Shown here one piece after another: positions 52,778-64,000 of a DNA stretch of 64,000 nt. The position numbers and the translations under genes are program-made. Origin of the DNA: Chlorokybus atmophyticus (lineage: Eukaryota; Plantae; Mesostigma and Chlorokybus algae); assembly GCA_009103225.1 (NCBI GenBank), contig RHPI01000008.1, forward strand, positions 124,001 to 188,000. The letters are read 5' to 3'. Position 1 is the stretch's first letter; the number at the start of each line of letters is the position of its first letter. Below the pieces are notes generated by a model, which was given only the letters and a program-made list of their open reading frames with translations, was not told the DNA's origin and did not search any database.

Positions 52778-55700
52778 CTACACAACTTGCGCAGCAGCAG
52801 CATCCGAGTTGCACAGCTGCGCCAGCCACTGCGTGTACTGCGTGTAGTTCTCCAGCGTGCGGGCGACGTTCTTCTCACCTCCCAACCTGACGCCCACACG
52901 CGCAATCATCTCAACCTTGCCCACATTGTCCCCTCCCTCTGCCTCGGCGCATGCGAGGACAAACATGGCGGCAGAGTCAGGGAGGCGTGCTTTCTGTAGT
53001 GCATTGAGTGCATCGGGAAGTGCGTTGGCAACGGCAAAGAGTGAAAGTGCACGCCATAAGTCATTCTGCTTGGCGAGGACGTGTGCGGCCCATCGCATGA
53101 GGACGCGTGCGCGGGCAGGTCCAACTAAAGACGAGGCTGCGAGGATGGCGGCGTCCTGCCACCTCCCGGCATCTTGTAACTGCGCGCACGCCTCGCCGTA
53201 GCGCCCCACGCTGCACATCAGCTGCGCTGCCGCGAGGGTTTCCCCCGCGCTCGCGAGGTTGGCCGCCACCACCTTCACCGCGCGGTCCTGCAGGGCCGGG
53301 GACACCGCTGATGCAAGAGCCAACGCACGCATGGCATCCAATGCGAAGGCCGCGCGGTCCGGGGTGTCTGGTGTCGTGTCGAGGAGGAGCTCCACCGCCG
53401 CCTCGTATGCACCGCACGTCACGTGCTCCTGCACACGCCTCTGCATGACATCTCTCGACAACGCCGCTCCTGCCACGGACGCCGTGGCCGCTGATGACGC
53501 TATCCCCGCCAACCGCCCGTGCACCTCCGCCCTTGCCTCCGCCCCCGCCAACAACGCCCACCTGCTGCACCACACCGGCGACATCATCCCCGCCATCCCC
53601 CCTCCCAACGCCGAATTCACTGAAGAAAGCTCAAACTTCTTCCTAGTCCCGTGTCTTCCACCCTGTGACTTCACCATCTCTCCCGCCGACTCACCGCTCG
53701 CAGTTGTTGTTGGCTCATTGACAATGTCGTCCTCATCCTTCTCCTGCTCCAGCTCGCGGCCGCAAGCGAGGGCGTGCGGGAGGTCTCGCCAGAACGCGGC
53801 CTCGCCGGCATCTCCAGCATAGGCGGCGGCGACGGCGCATCGGGCAGAGGTGCCATGGGAAACGCATGTGGCGTAGTGGGCGAGGGAGTCCTCGTCGATG
53901 AGGCGGCCCGCCGCGCGCTGCGTGCGCAGCGCGCCCACGAGCGTGGCGAGAGAGGCGCCGTCCTCGAGGAGCGCGCCATCGGAGTCCCGCAGAGACACGC
54001 GCTGCATGAGTGCAGTAATGTCAGTGTTGTTAGTGTTGGTGCTGGCGTCGCTCGTGTTGTTGTTGAAGGCGGCGGGATCCACGCCTCGCTGCATGAGCAG
54101 TCGAAGAGCGAGTGCGTGCGAGGGCGGGAGGAGGGACGGCGCCGTGAACGGCGAGAGGTGAAGCCACTCTGGCCCACCTCCCCCGCGAAGCCTATTCCCG
54201 GCTGAGGCGGGCGTGCCGGGCTTCTTCTGACTACTACTTGAGTTGCTGTGGTTGTGTGATGACGTGAGGTGCATTGCCACAAGGCGCACACACCCATCCA
54301 CGCCGGCGACCACGAGTTGAGCATCGTTGCTGTTGGCGGGCAGGGAAGGTGAGTGTAATGTTGCCACCCACGCTGCATCCACGCAGGCGACTCCAAGTTG
54401 TCTCGCGAGTGGGCCGCAGACAAGGTCGCCCGCGTCGAGGTTGTAGACGGCGCAATCGCCAGAGGCGAAACGTACGAGGGCGAGTCCGCGCGACTCTGCG
54501 ACGGCGACGGGAAGAGGCGCGAGCTCGATGGCACGGACGGCGCTGCGGACCCCCGTGGACACGGACGACCACGCCCCCGTGCGTACGTCCCAACAGCTCA
54601 CGCCGCCGGCCCCGTCGCCCATCGCCACGTGGGCACCCCGGAACGCCATCGCCGTGACCACCTGCTCGCCCAACCCGAAGGCCGAGGGCGCCACGGGCCG
54701 CGCGTCGCGCATCCTCCGGCCTCCTGCCAATGCAAACACGCCGATGCCACCATCCACGAGTGCAAAGGCGAACCTCTCCTCCTTGCTGTTGTTGGCCGGG
54801 ACGCCAATGCTGTTGTTGTCTGTGTCGGTCCCGCGGAGGAGGACGGGTGGAGGGGGCAGCTGCCACTCGAGAACAGAGAAGGGTAGGTTGAGGGCGCGTA
54901 CGAGCTCGGGTTTGGCATTGGCGTTGGTATAGCCGTCGGAGTTGGGTGAGTGGAGGTGCCACACCTCCGCGGGGACGTTGTGCGTGAACAGGAAGACGGC
55001 GCTGCGGCCAGAGGCGGACACCTTCACGCTGGCCACATGGCCGCGATCGCGCGCGCTGCCGGCATCCTTGCGCAGGTGACGCAGCGGCTGCGACCGCCCC
55101 GTGCGCAGGTCCGTCAGGAAGAAGTGGTTCACGTACGTGCCCTCCGCCCCCGCGCGCGACTCCAGGTAGCTCGCGGACAGCACGCGGCTCGGACCCGCCC
55201 ACACCACATCCACCACGGCTGCACCCGGCGGGTGACCAACCAAAAATGTCCCCGCCACCGCCAGACCAGCCGGCAAGTCCAACAACTCCACCGTTCCCGC
55301 CCTCGTGCCCACCGCCGCCAGCTGGCCCCATCCATCCCCACCCCCACCTCCACCTCCTCCTCCCTCACCTCCCATCACATACAAGTCTGGCAGCGCTGGC
55401 GTCCTCGGCAGTGCCACGCAAGTGGCTCCCGCCGACAGATGGTGCGTCAACCCCACCAAAGACATCAACACTTTGCCTTTGGGATTCGTGACATCGGATA
55501 ATACCTTCCAGTGCCACACGCGGGCGTCATCCGTGACGGCCAGGAGGACGTCGCCGTGGTGGTTGTCTAAGGGAGGCTGGTGAAGGGCGGCGGCAATGAG
55601 GCGAGGCTGCTGTGAGGGCTTGGCTAGTGACGTGAGCAACGGGCCAGAGTGCCGAAGCGCCAGCTGCTGCTGTTGTTTGTTTGCATGCCACACGCTCACA

Positions 55701-57580
55701 ACACCGTCCGCATGCACGCAGTATACCGTCTCGTCCTCACCCTCTCCGCCGCGGGAGAACGCCGGAGCCATCACACCTGCGAACGCTGCGTGGCCACGCG
55801 GAAGGGGTGCCGACGCCAATGTTGTCCCGTCTACATACCACAACAGAGTAAGGGACACATGCATGCAAAGTTGGAATGAGCATAATTATAGCAATGCGTG
55901 ACTCACAGTCAGGGTCAAAGATGCGAAGCTCCCGCGCCAGCACCACGTACAGCATGCCCTGTTGGCAACAAACGCCTGATGTGATCAGGTACAATGCGCA
56001 TGCCATGGTGTGTGGTGTTAGTGTGTAATATATGGGTTGCTTACTGTGGGGGAGAAGGCGCAGTGCACATTGGCGTTGACAAGAGCTTTGTCTCGAGCCT
56101 TGTCCTTGTCCTTGTCTTTGTCTTTATCTTTGTCCTTGTCCTTGCTGTCCTTGCTCTCCTTCGGCTTGTCGTCGGGAACAGGCACACGGAACTGCTTCAC
56201 CTCCACATCACCCTCACCTGTTCAGATACCACCAAATGACTTGTGTGCTAATGAAGTGCTCACCTATTTCTCTGAACAAGGCGCACAAACACGCATGTGT
56301 GCACGCCCGCTCCCTCGCATGCACACATGCATGCATTGCGCGAGCACACACACGCACATGTGCACTTACGACACCCACCCTTGTGCAGGGCTTTGAGGGT
56401 GATAAAGTGGAGGGCTCCACGTGCGCCAAGGAGGAGGAGCGCGCGTGGGTTAAGTGGGCTGCGTCGGAGTGCGAGTATCTGTTCGGCGTGCTGGAAGTCG
56501 CATCGCCAGAGCGCCTGCCCCCTCGTCGTGTCGTACACCACGCACGCCGACGGCGCGTGCGCCGCCGCCAGCAGCCATGGCGCCCCGCACACCCACGCAA
56601 GATCCCTCACAGCGGGCGCATTCCCCTCCTTGTCCCTGTCCTTGTCCTTGTCTCTGTCCTTGTCCTTGTCCTTGTCCTTCCTGTCATTGCCATCTTGTCC
56701 CGGTGAGGACACGGACGATGTCGAGGAGGAGGACAACGGCGAGGGCAACATTTTCGGGTCGAAGGCGGCGACGGACTGTTGGCTTTGCAAGTCCCACACG
56801 ACCACGCGGCCATTGGTGTCGCCGGAGGCCAGACGCAGCTGCGACTGGTGGCTGAGGTCGCGGGCCAGCGTCTCAGGAGACCACCTCACCGCCGTCACGT
56901 TGCTAAGACCACCGGATAACACGCACACCTGCTGCATAGTCCTCACCTCCACCACCGCCACGCAGCCTGGCATGCAGAGTTGATGCACACTCGACGAGTT
57001 GGATTGAATGTTTGCTGGCATTGTGTAAGTCAGATAAGATGCTTTGCAGCTGTGCAGCTGGTTTGGATGTTGATGCCGGGTGCAACACTGCTATTCTCCC
57101 AGCAATTGCTGCCAATGCCCGCTAGTGTCACAGTTGTTAAGTTTCTGTATGTGTGATTGTGACGTGACGTCTTGTCTATCAACTATGAAGGCTTTGTCCT
57201 GTTGCGTAGACTTCAAAATCCCTTGCTTATAGAGAGCATGCTGATCAAAAAAAGCATTGTGTTTGATAAAGACGCTCAGTGAATGCTATACGCGTGTAAG
57301 CTATGTGTGCACACTGCCTATGCCATGCATCCGGTATTATGTGAGACACACAACAGAAGGCTGCTATCTTCTAGGATGACTACACGGTTGCACAACGTGG
57401 ATGAGTAGGGGTCAAGCATGAGGGTAAGCTATCAGTCTTGCCTGCTGCAGCATGGGCGAACAGCCCGTCCGGCGTGCAGTCTGCAGCGCCGCGGTTAGCT
57501 CGCACCGGCGGGCCAGGCACGCCTCCAAGGACCCACGCCCCAGTCCCACCCCCGGATCCTGCCCCCGCCGACGCCGCCAT
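52778..57580 (-). CDS. WDR11: WD repeat-containing protein 11
   Basis: N-terminus VPGPPVRANRGAADCTPDGLFAHAAAG|CVAVVEVRTMQQV, LRLASGDTNGRVVVWD, an about 3-kb last exon ending YGEACAQLQDAGRWQDAAILAA..PDSAAMFVLAC. First intron inferred to be GC-AG (57441-56967). Confidence 0.88.
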
Positions 57581-57911
57581 CCTCACCCCCTTAGCCCACA
57601 TCCACAACACCGCCAACAACCCTCACAAGTATAACGCATCACGAATTGTGCAAGTGACGCGCTACGCGGCTCATCACGCGCAACTTACGTCACAGTCTGA
57701 GGGGGATGCCGTTGTCATGCATGACGGTGCGTCAGTCCGACGCATGCCACGTTGGATGCAGGCAGACAGTGGCGCCACGTCACCCTCGTGACCGATATCC
57801 CGCAAGCGCCGACGTTTTCCGCGCCAAGAAGGTGTGCGTCGACATATGGCGGACAAGCGCTTGCACATAGTGTCAGTAACGCAGGGCTTGTTGTCGGTGT
57901 TGGTGGCGAGG

Positions 57912-59914
57912 ATGGCGGGGGCGTTGGCGGTGGCCGGTGTCGCCGCTCCCCCTACTCGCTGCGGGAGCTTGAGGAGGTCCTTGTCCGTGGCCTCCTCTGA
58001 CGGACCGTCTGGCCGGCAGCAGCCGGCGCCGCAGGTGGCTGGCTTTTTCGCCAGATTCAGGAGGCGGCGGCCACTCCTGCTGGGCGCCGCCGCCGCCGCT
58101 GCCGCCGCTGTGGTAGCATGCGTCGCCTCACCTTCCTCCAGGCTAGCTCAGGAGCAGGTGTGTGTGCATGTCTCTGACGCCTACACTGACTAAAGCAAGC
58201 AGCTTCCCCCCTTCTCACCTGTGCAACCCACCAGGCCAGCGCTGCTGAGGACGCTGCCGCTGCCTTTGCCGCCTCCCCGTTGCAGCATGTGCCTGTGGAT
58301 CTTGAAACCGATGCAAACGGCGTCGAACGTGTCGCGTATAGGTGGATTGCTGGAAAGAAACTGCTTTCTTGCATGCTGGCTTGTGTGGACTGCTTCATGC
58401 TTACAATGCCACCACCGCCAATGGCTTCAATGCCATGCTTCTCGTCTTCTGTGTTGGCATGGCTTGCTGACTCTTGGTCTCCCCTCTCAGGCCGGATGGG
58501 TGGAACCGTTGGGTGTGGGAGGGACACAACATCAATGTAAGCCTGAGCTCTCTGCAGTAGCTTGGTTCGCACTCTCGACACAACCTCTTGTGTGAGGCTG
58601 ACCGAGTGTATGTGTCTCTTTCAGTACATCAAGCATGGTGAGACGGGTCCACCTGTAGTGCTCGTGCACGGGTTTGGAGCTTCAGCATACCACTGGAGGT
58701 CAGTTTCTTGACTGAGTACTTGTTCATGCTTGCTTCTGAGCAACCAACCGACAGTGTATGTACTACCTGTGGCAGGTACAACATCCCCGCGCTGGCAAAG
58801 CATCACCGCGTGTACGCCCTCGACCTGTTGGGTTTCGGTCTGAGTGACAAGGCGACGGGTGAAACGGTGTACGGCTCGGAGCTGTGGAGCCGCCAGCTCG
58901 CGACGTTCATTGACGAAGTGGTTGGCGGGGAGCCGTGTGTCCTCGCCGGCAACTCACTCGGCGGATTCGCATCGCTACATACAGCCGCAGACAACCCTGA
59001 CAAAGTGCGCGGGGTCGTGCTCCTCAACGCTGCAGGCCGCTTCGCCGAGGTATGCCACATGCACGCACGCATGCACGCACATGTGACACATGTGCACTGC
59101 CAAAACGCACCATGTTGTGTAATTCCGCATGGGATGTCGTTACGGGGTATCATATCAACTGCCCACTTTTTCAAGAGAACGGCTTACAGCTTCAACACAT
59201 GTGCGAGTTGTGCAATAACCTTCAACACGTTTGTCTCATACACACGTACACAGGCCCAACGTGCTGCAGTAGCGCTAGTTGATCCCGAGAGCAAGCCCGC
59301 GGTAAACTCGGTGTTGAGCTCCATGATGACCCCTTTTGCGACCATGGCGAAGCGTGCGGCGATCTACTACGCGTTCGTGCGGTCGAAGGAGGAGGGGTCA
59401 ATCCGGTCCGTGCTGAACAATGTGTACATCAACTCCGCCAATGTGGACGACGACCTCGTGCGCAGCATCCGCGACCCCGCCCTCCACAACAACGCCTACG
59501 AGGTGTTCTACCGCGTGTCCTCGCAGGTAAAGGCAACAACAATGATGACATGAGTCAGGTGCATGCTGAACTCACGCCTGCTCTGTGTTGCGTGTATGTG
59601 TGCGCGTATGTGTATGCATACTTGGACTCACTGTGTGCATGTTGTGTGTATGTTGATGGGGTTGTATGTCTCAGGTCCAGGGTAATGCGCGCATCACGTT
59701 CAACGACCTAATCACCCGCCTCGAGACCGCCCGCACCCCCATGCTGCTGTTGTGGGGCGACCGCGACCCGTGGATGCGCTCAACCACAGCCGATCGGATT
59801 GTGTCGCTCTACCCGTATGCCACACTTGCGCGCCTCAACGCAGGACATTGCCCCCATGATGAGGCCCCTGAAGATGTCAACAGACACTTCCTGCGCTGGT
59901 TGGCCAGCATTTAA
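57912..59914 (+). CDS. Alpha/beta hydrolase, pheophytinase-like family, probable plastid transit peptide
   Basis: PDGWNRWVWEGHNIN|YIKHGETGPPVVLVHGFGASAYHWR|YNIPALA..DLLGFGLSDK, nucleophile GNSLGG, WGDRDPW, GHCPHDE. Confidence 0.9.
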
Positions 59915-60707
59915 TAGTCACGTTGATACTAGTGTTGGAGAATCTGGGAGCACTACGTGTGCACTGCATGTACAGCATTGGTTTAGAGCATGACTCTGCC
60001 TCGCAGTACCACACGTGAAGTGGATGTTGTCTTGGGTGAGGAAGCATGGGCACTGTTGTGTTTGTCATGCTCAAAAAACAAGTTGTTGCTGTTGTTGCTG
60101 TCGCAATTGGCAGTTTTATACTTGCACCTGTGAGCTTCGAGGTAGTGAAACAGAGTGCACAGAAGTTGGCTATGGTTAACACCAGTACCGCCCGAGCAGA
60201 CAGCACATGCCCTCTTTATCACTAACTCTTGTCTGCACTAACTCTTCAGCTGACCTGTCTACGTACAGACAAGACATTGCCAGTGGCAATGCTCTCTGTC
60301 CCTAACCAAGCTGCCACTAGTGCCTACTGCAATCTCTCAGCAGACACTCTGCAAAGGTGTTGTATCACATAACCAAGACACTGTCAATTATCTTTTAGGA
60401 AGGCTTCTGAGTCGCAAGCAGTACCCGATCTCCTTGTTGCATGGTAAGCAGCATCCACTGCGCACGAATATCTCACATTGCCGTTAGTGTTCACGACAGC
60501 AGCAGCAGCACTCCTGCTCATGCATCCGCTTGTGTGGACATTTGAACTTGAGGGCGAGGCGTTGCTTGCCGTGGGTGTGCTTTGTGCCAAAAGACCGCCC
60601 AGTCGGATGCGCAGCATGCGGGCTGCGTGCTTCAGCTGCTGAAGTGCAGACGCGATGAGAGGTAAGCATTGTAATAAAGAAATAACGAGGGTTCTACTGC
60701 CCAATGC

Positions 60708-63031
60708 TCATCCAGCTTCATCCTCCTGCTCTTTCATCTGCTGTATTATTCTCTGCCGCTCCTGTGCCTGGAAATTGAGCAGCCAACCCAAAATGTAAGC
60801 TGCAAACAATGAACATCACATGAATGCTTGCAACTACCACACAACGCAACCAAGAAACCACAACAATGTCCACGCACCTGGCGCATCAGTCTCAGCGTGA
60901 CATTCTCATAATCCTTGAGCGACGTGGGCGCCACGCTCGGCGCGGTTCGCGCCGCTTGAGGAATGGGAAACGCGGTACGAGCACCACCAGCAGCAGCAGC
61001 GTGGCCGTTGGTGTGCGGCGGCACTGCGGGTCGCGCCATCGCGGCTGCCGCAGCGCCAGTAGTGGTATTCGCCTCTGGATGCGAAGGAGCTGTAGTGGTA
61101 GTGTCATCCACCGTGGCGCTCACGTCGGCCATTGTAACTAAGAGAGGGTTGCTGAGGTCTCCGCATAAGCTTTGTGAAGCCAAACGCTGCAGGAGAGAGT
61201 TGATGAGAGAGTGAGTGTGAGACTAAGAATGCATGCGTTTCTGGATGCGCACGAGTGCGGGCATGCCAGCAAGCATGTGTGTGCATGTGCATGTGCACGC
61301 ATCAGTACACAATATGCTAAACTGTGAGCCAGATGCAAGAGTGTACTGTTAACACGCATGTATATGTGCATCATCCACCATCCAACCACGCTTTCAATGC
61401 GCAACACAAGCCGATATGCTTGACGATGCATCAAGGTGATGGTTTCCTACTTGCCATACCGCTGCATCAGAGGTGGCCATGACAATGAGGGCGCTGCCCT
61501 TCTTTTTCTTGACGGTGCAAACGACCACGTCCTCCACAGCGCCAAACACCTCAAAAATGGCACGCAGCCGTTCCACACCGTAATCATCGGCACCGCTCTC
61601 GCCTCGACTCCACCGGGCCTATGGCAACAAGTCAACAACAGCACTCTCTTCTACAACCAACATGCCTGATAGCAACCTACAACCCGTGACGCAACAACAA
61701 CTCAAGCTTCACCTTCACAGTCCTTTCTATGTGCTCCGCAGCCAAGTTGGCCCCAGCTGGAGCTGTTGACGAACAAAACACAAACAACAGCAGCAGTCAG
61801 TGCATCTTGCAACTCACACAATACAATATTATCTCTCACAACCATGTAGCCTGTGCGTGCGTACCTGCTGCTCGTGCTGCGGCTGCAGCCCTTTCCCGCT
61901 CCTGCTGTTGTCTGGCAAGGCTGTCTCGTCGCAACCGCGCAATCTAGAAGCAACAACCAACAAACCAATGTTGATGTGGGGGTGTTGTGTTGCGATTACA
62001 TACTGAAGTGTGGTGCACGACAATGGTGCGTGTGTTGCGGTGACCGCAAAAAGTGTACTGACCTCAGCGGCGAGTCGGCGCTTGGCATCCGCTAGCTCGT
62101 CCCGCTGCTCTGTGAACTGCTTCTCTCTCTTCTCCAACTCTGCAATCCCACAACAAGAAGATGATTAGTTACATGCCACAGACACCAGAGTACAGTTGCT
62201 GAAAAACCTGATAACATATACCACTCAAAGAGCATTTCATAATGATAGCAAAGTGCACAACAAAAGTTGCTTGCTGGCCAAGTCTTGCGAAACAGTCAAC
62301 AGGAGAAATCCAAGTAGAGCATGCGAAGGACTCGCTATTCAACAGACCAATACAGCACAGGCAGAGCAGCCTTGGCGAATGCGTGTATGAGTTAAAGTAG
62401 CACTTCACACCAACAATCAGCAGCGATGTATTTGCATCTGGTGGGAGCATGTGCACGCGTGTGTGTGTGCGTGCGCGTGCGTGTACGTGTGCGTGTGGGC
62501 GCGTGTCATATGTTTTCAGCAGCATCCTCAACGAACATTACATGCACGGGCCATAGCAGCAGCAACAAACAGCAGCAAGCATGCTTATACTCAATGAGTA
62601 CATGCATGTGCTTGCATACATGCGTGTGCACGTGTGTGCGCTCGTATGCATACTTATGTATGCGTTCGCTTACGCAATTGCCAGCATCCCCATTAAACAG
62701 AACACGCACACACACCTGCAACGAGCTTCTGCCTCTTGGCGCTATGCTGCGTTCGTCTTTGCGCCGCATCTGCTCGTGCCTTCAGCACAGCATCATAGGC
62801 TGCTCGTGCCCGCTCGTCTGTGAGAAACTCGTAGGCCCTCTGCACCCGCTCGTACTTGGCGGCGGCGGCGGCGGGGGACACGCCCTTGCCGGGACGCTGC
62901 TTGTCGGGGTGGTAGAGAAGAGCCAGACGACGGAAAGCCTTCTTGACGTCCGGAGCTGGAGCGCCGGCGTCCAATTCAAGCTCCTTGTAAGGGTCAAGGT
63001 CGTCCAGGCCGCCGGCCGCCACGTCCGCCAT
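60708..63031 (-). CDS. DNAJC17: J-domain plus RRM protein
   Basis: DPYKELEL..KKAFRRLALLYHPDK..AYEFLTDERARAAYD, HSAKRQKLV, RRM-like LRAIFEVFGAVEDVVV..KGSALIVM, C-terminal DYENVTLRLMRQ|AQERQRIIQQM. Confidence 0.85.
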
Positions 63032-63074
63032 CCTACCCACGAGCCTAGCTGGTCTGGTTGAGGGTTAGTCCAGG

Positions 63075-63083
63075 AAACCCTAA
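63075..63083. promoter_or_regulatory. Telo-box upstream of the DNAJC17 ATG
   Basis: AAACCCTAA about 45 bp upstream of the start codon. Confidence 0.4.
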
Positions 63084-64000
63084 TTCACCGAAATCAGTCG
63101 CCGCATACTTGCTTTGTGGTCCCCGTATGCGGTCGGCCTGGTATTCGTAGCCTCGTGATCACGTGACCCAACCGCGTGTGACAGATCTGGTTAGGCTGTG
63201 TCGTAACATAACAGCCAAACTGTTGCCTACGCCTACAGCATGCACTGTACATACAATGTGGTGCAATGATGTGCTTGGTGGCTGCTAGTGCGAGCTTGTG
63301 TGAGACTGATACCTTGTGCAGTAAGTGATACAGAGATTGTGTCTGCACAGAAGACAGATCATGACCGGTGATTGCATCAATCAAGAGACATCACACGTTG
63401 CATTCAAGAGAGTGCTGTATGCCTGAGCGAGCACTTGTCGTCTTGATTATCAAGATCTTGGCGTTGTGAACGACCAGAGATGCATCTCCTACAATGCCTG
63501 TTAATGAGAACTCTGTTGCGTCGTAATGATGTCCACAGTAAGACACTGAGGTTCTTAGGCAGAGATTCAATGCGAACCTTGCTGCCAACTCTATGCACCC
63601 TTAATTGGTACTATAATGTACTGTTATGGGTATGTCAAAGTTTCAACATGTACAGCAGCGCAGCTCTCACGCCAACAAACAAGCCAGCTGCTGCCCGGCG
63701 CTTGGGCAAGACTTTTGACACGCTGACTGAATCACCAGGAATGAATACCATCTTGCGTTCATGATGACATTGTCCTATCCTGCGGCAAATATCATCAGAA
63801 CAGTGTCTCAGCACCACACACAGCAGATCATGCATTGTGCCTTGCCGCAGTGCAATGTGCATATGCGGTGCCTATACCTGCTGCACTTGGAGCGATCAGG
63901 GTTATTGCTTGCTTTGCAATTAGCACAACCTTGCTGGCTTGCTCCCTGTGGCTTGCTACCTGCCTCCCTTGCCAGGTAAATGCTTCAAGCGAGGGGTTTG

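Noticed and set aside
53061-55583. Many overlapping long ORFs in other frames of WDR11
   Set aside because: Shadow ORFs of a GC-rich coding exon.
63940-63985. U1 snRNA-like start on the minus strand (atttacctggcaagggag)
   Set aside because: Similarity ends after about 20 nt and is explained as the complement of a plus-strand donor site CAG|GTAAAT.
63100-64000. Possible 5' part of a plus-strand gene (hydrophobic exon about 63851-63975)
   Set aside because: I could not build a consistent start or multi-exon model inside the window.

Overview
Eukaryotic nuclear DNA with short spliceosomal introns, TGCA/CA-rich intron sequence and GC-rich promoters. The plant-like FHA, rhomboid, CCT and plastid-type hydrolase genes suggest a green-lineage alga, possibly an early streptophyte (inference only). 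The window has two compartments. (1) About 1-28 kb is an accessory region with no recognisable housekeeping gene. It holds a decayed F-box/LRR gene and a cluster of five small 3-exon BTB/POZ genes (four intact, one frameshifted, plus a 38-bp remnant of a sixth) built by tandem and inverted segmental duplication. It also has foldback repeats and many perfect hairpins, several present in only one of two paralogous copies. The BTB paralogues share a conserved frame but differ in a hypervariable C-terminal loop, and three carry a conserved promoter stem-loop with a variable loop. (2) About 28.7-63 kb is gene-dense and conserved: a small basic protein, MCM8, CCT, RPS14, a rhomboid protease, an FHA2-like protein, WDR11, a pheophytinase-like hydrolase and DNAJC17, interrupted by AT-rich islands and assembly gaps at poly-G/C runs. 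Three GC-AG introns are inferred. I found no tRNA, rRNA, CRISPR array or intact transposase. Exon boundaries were read by eye, and homology calls come from recalled family motifs, not database searches.
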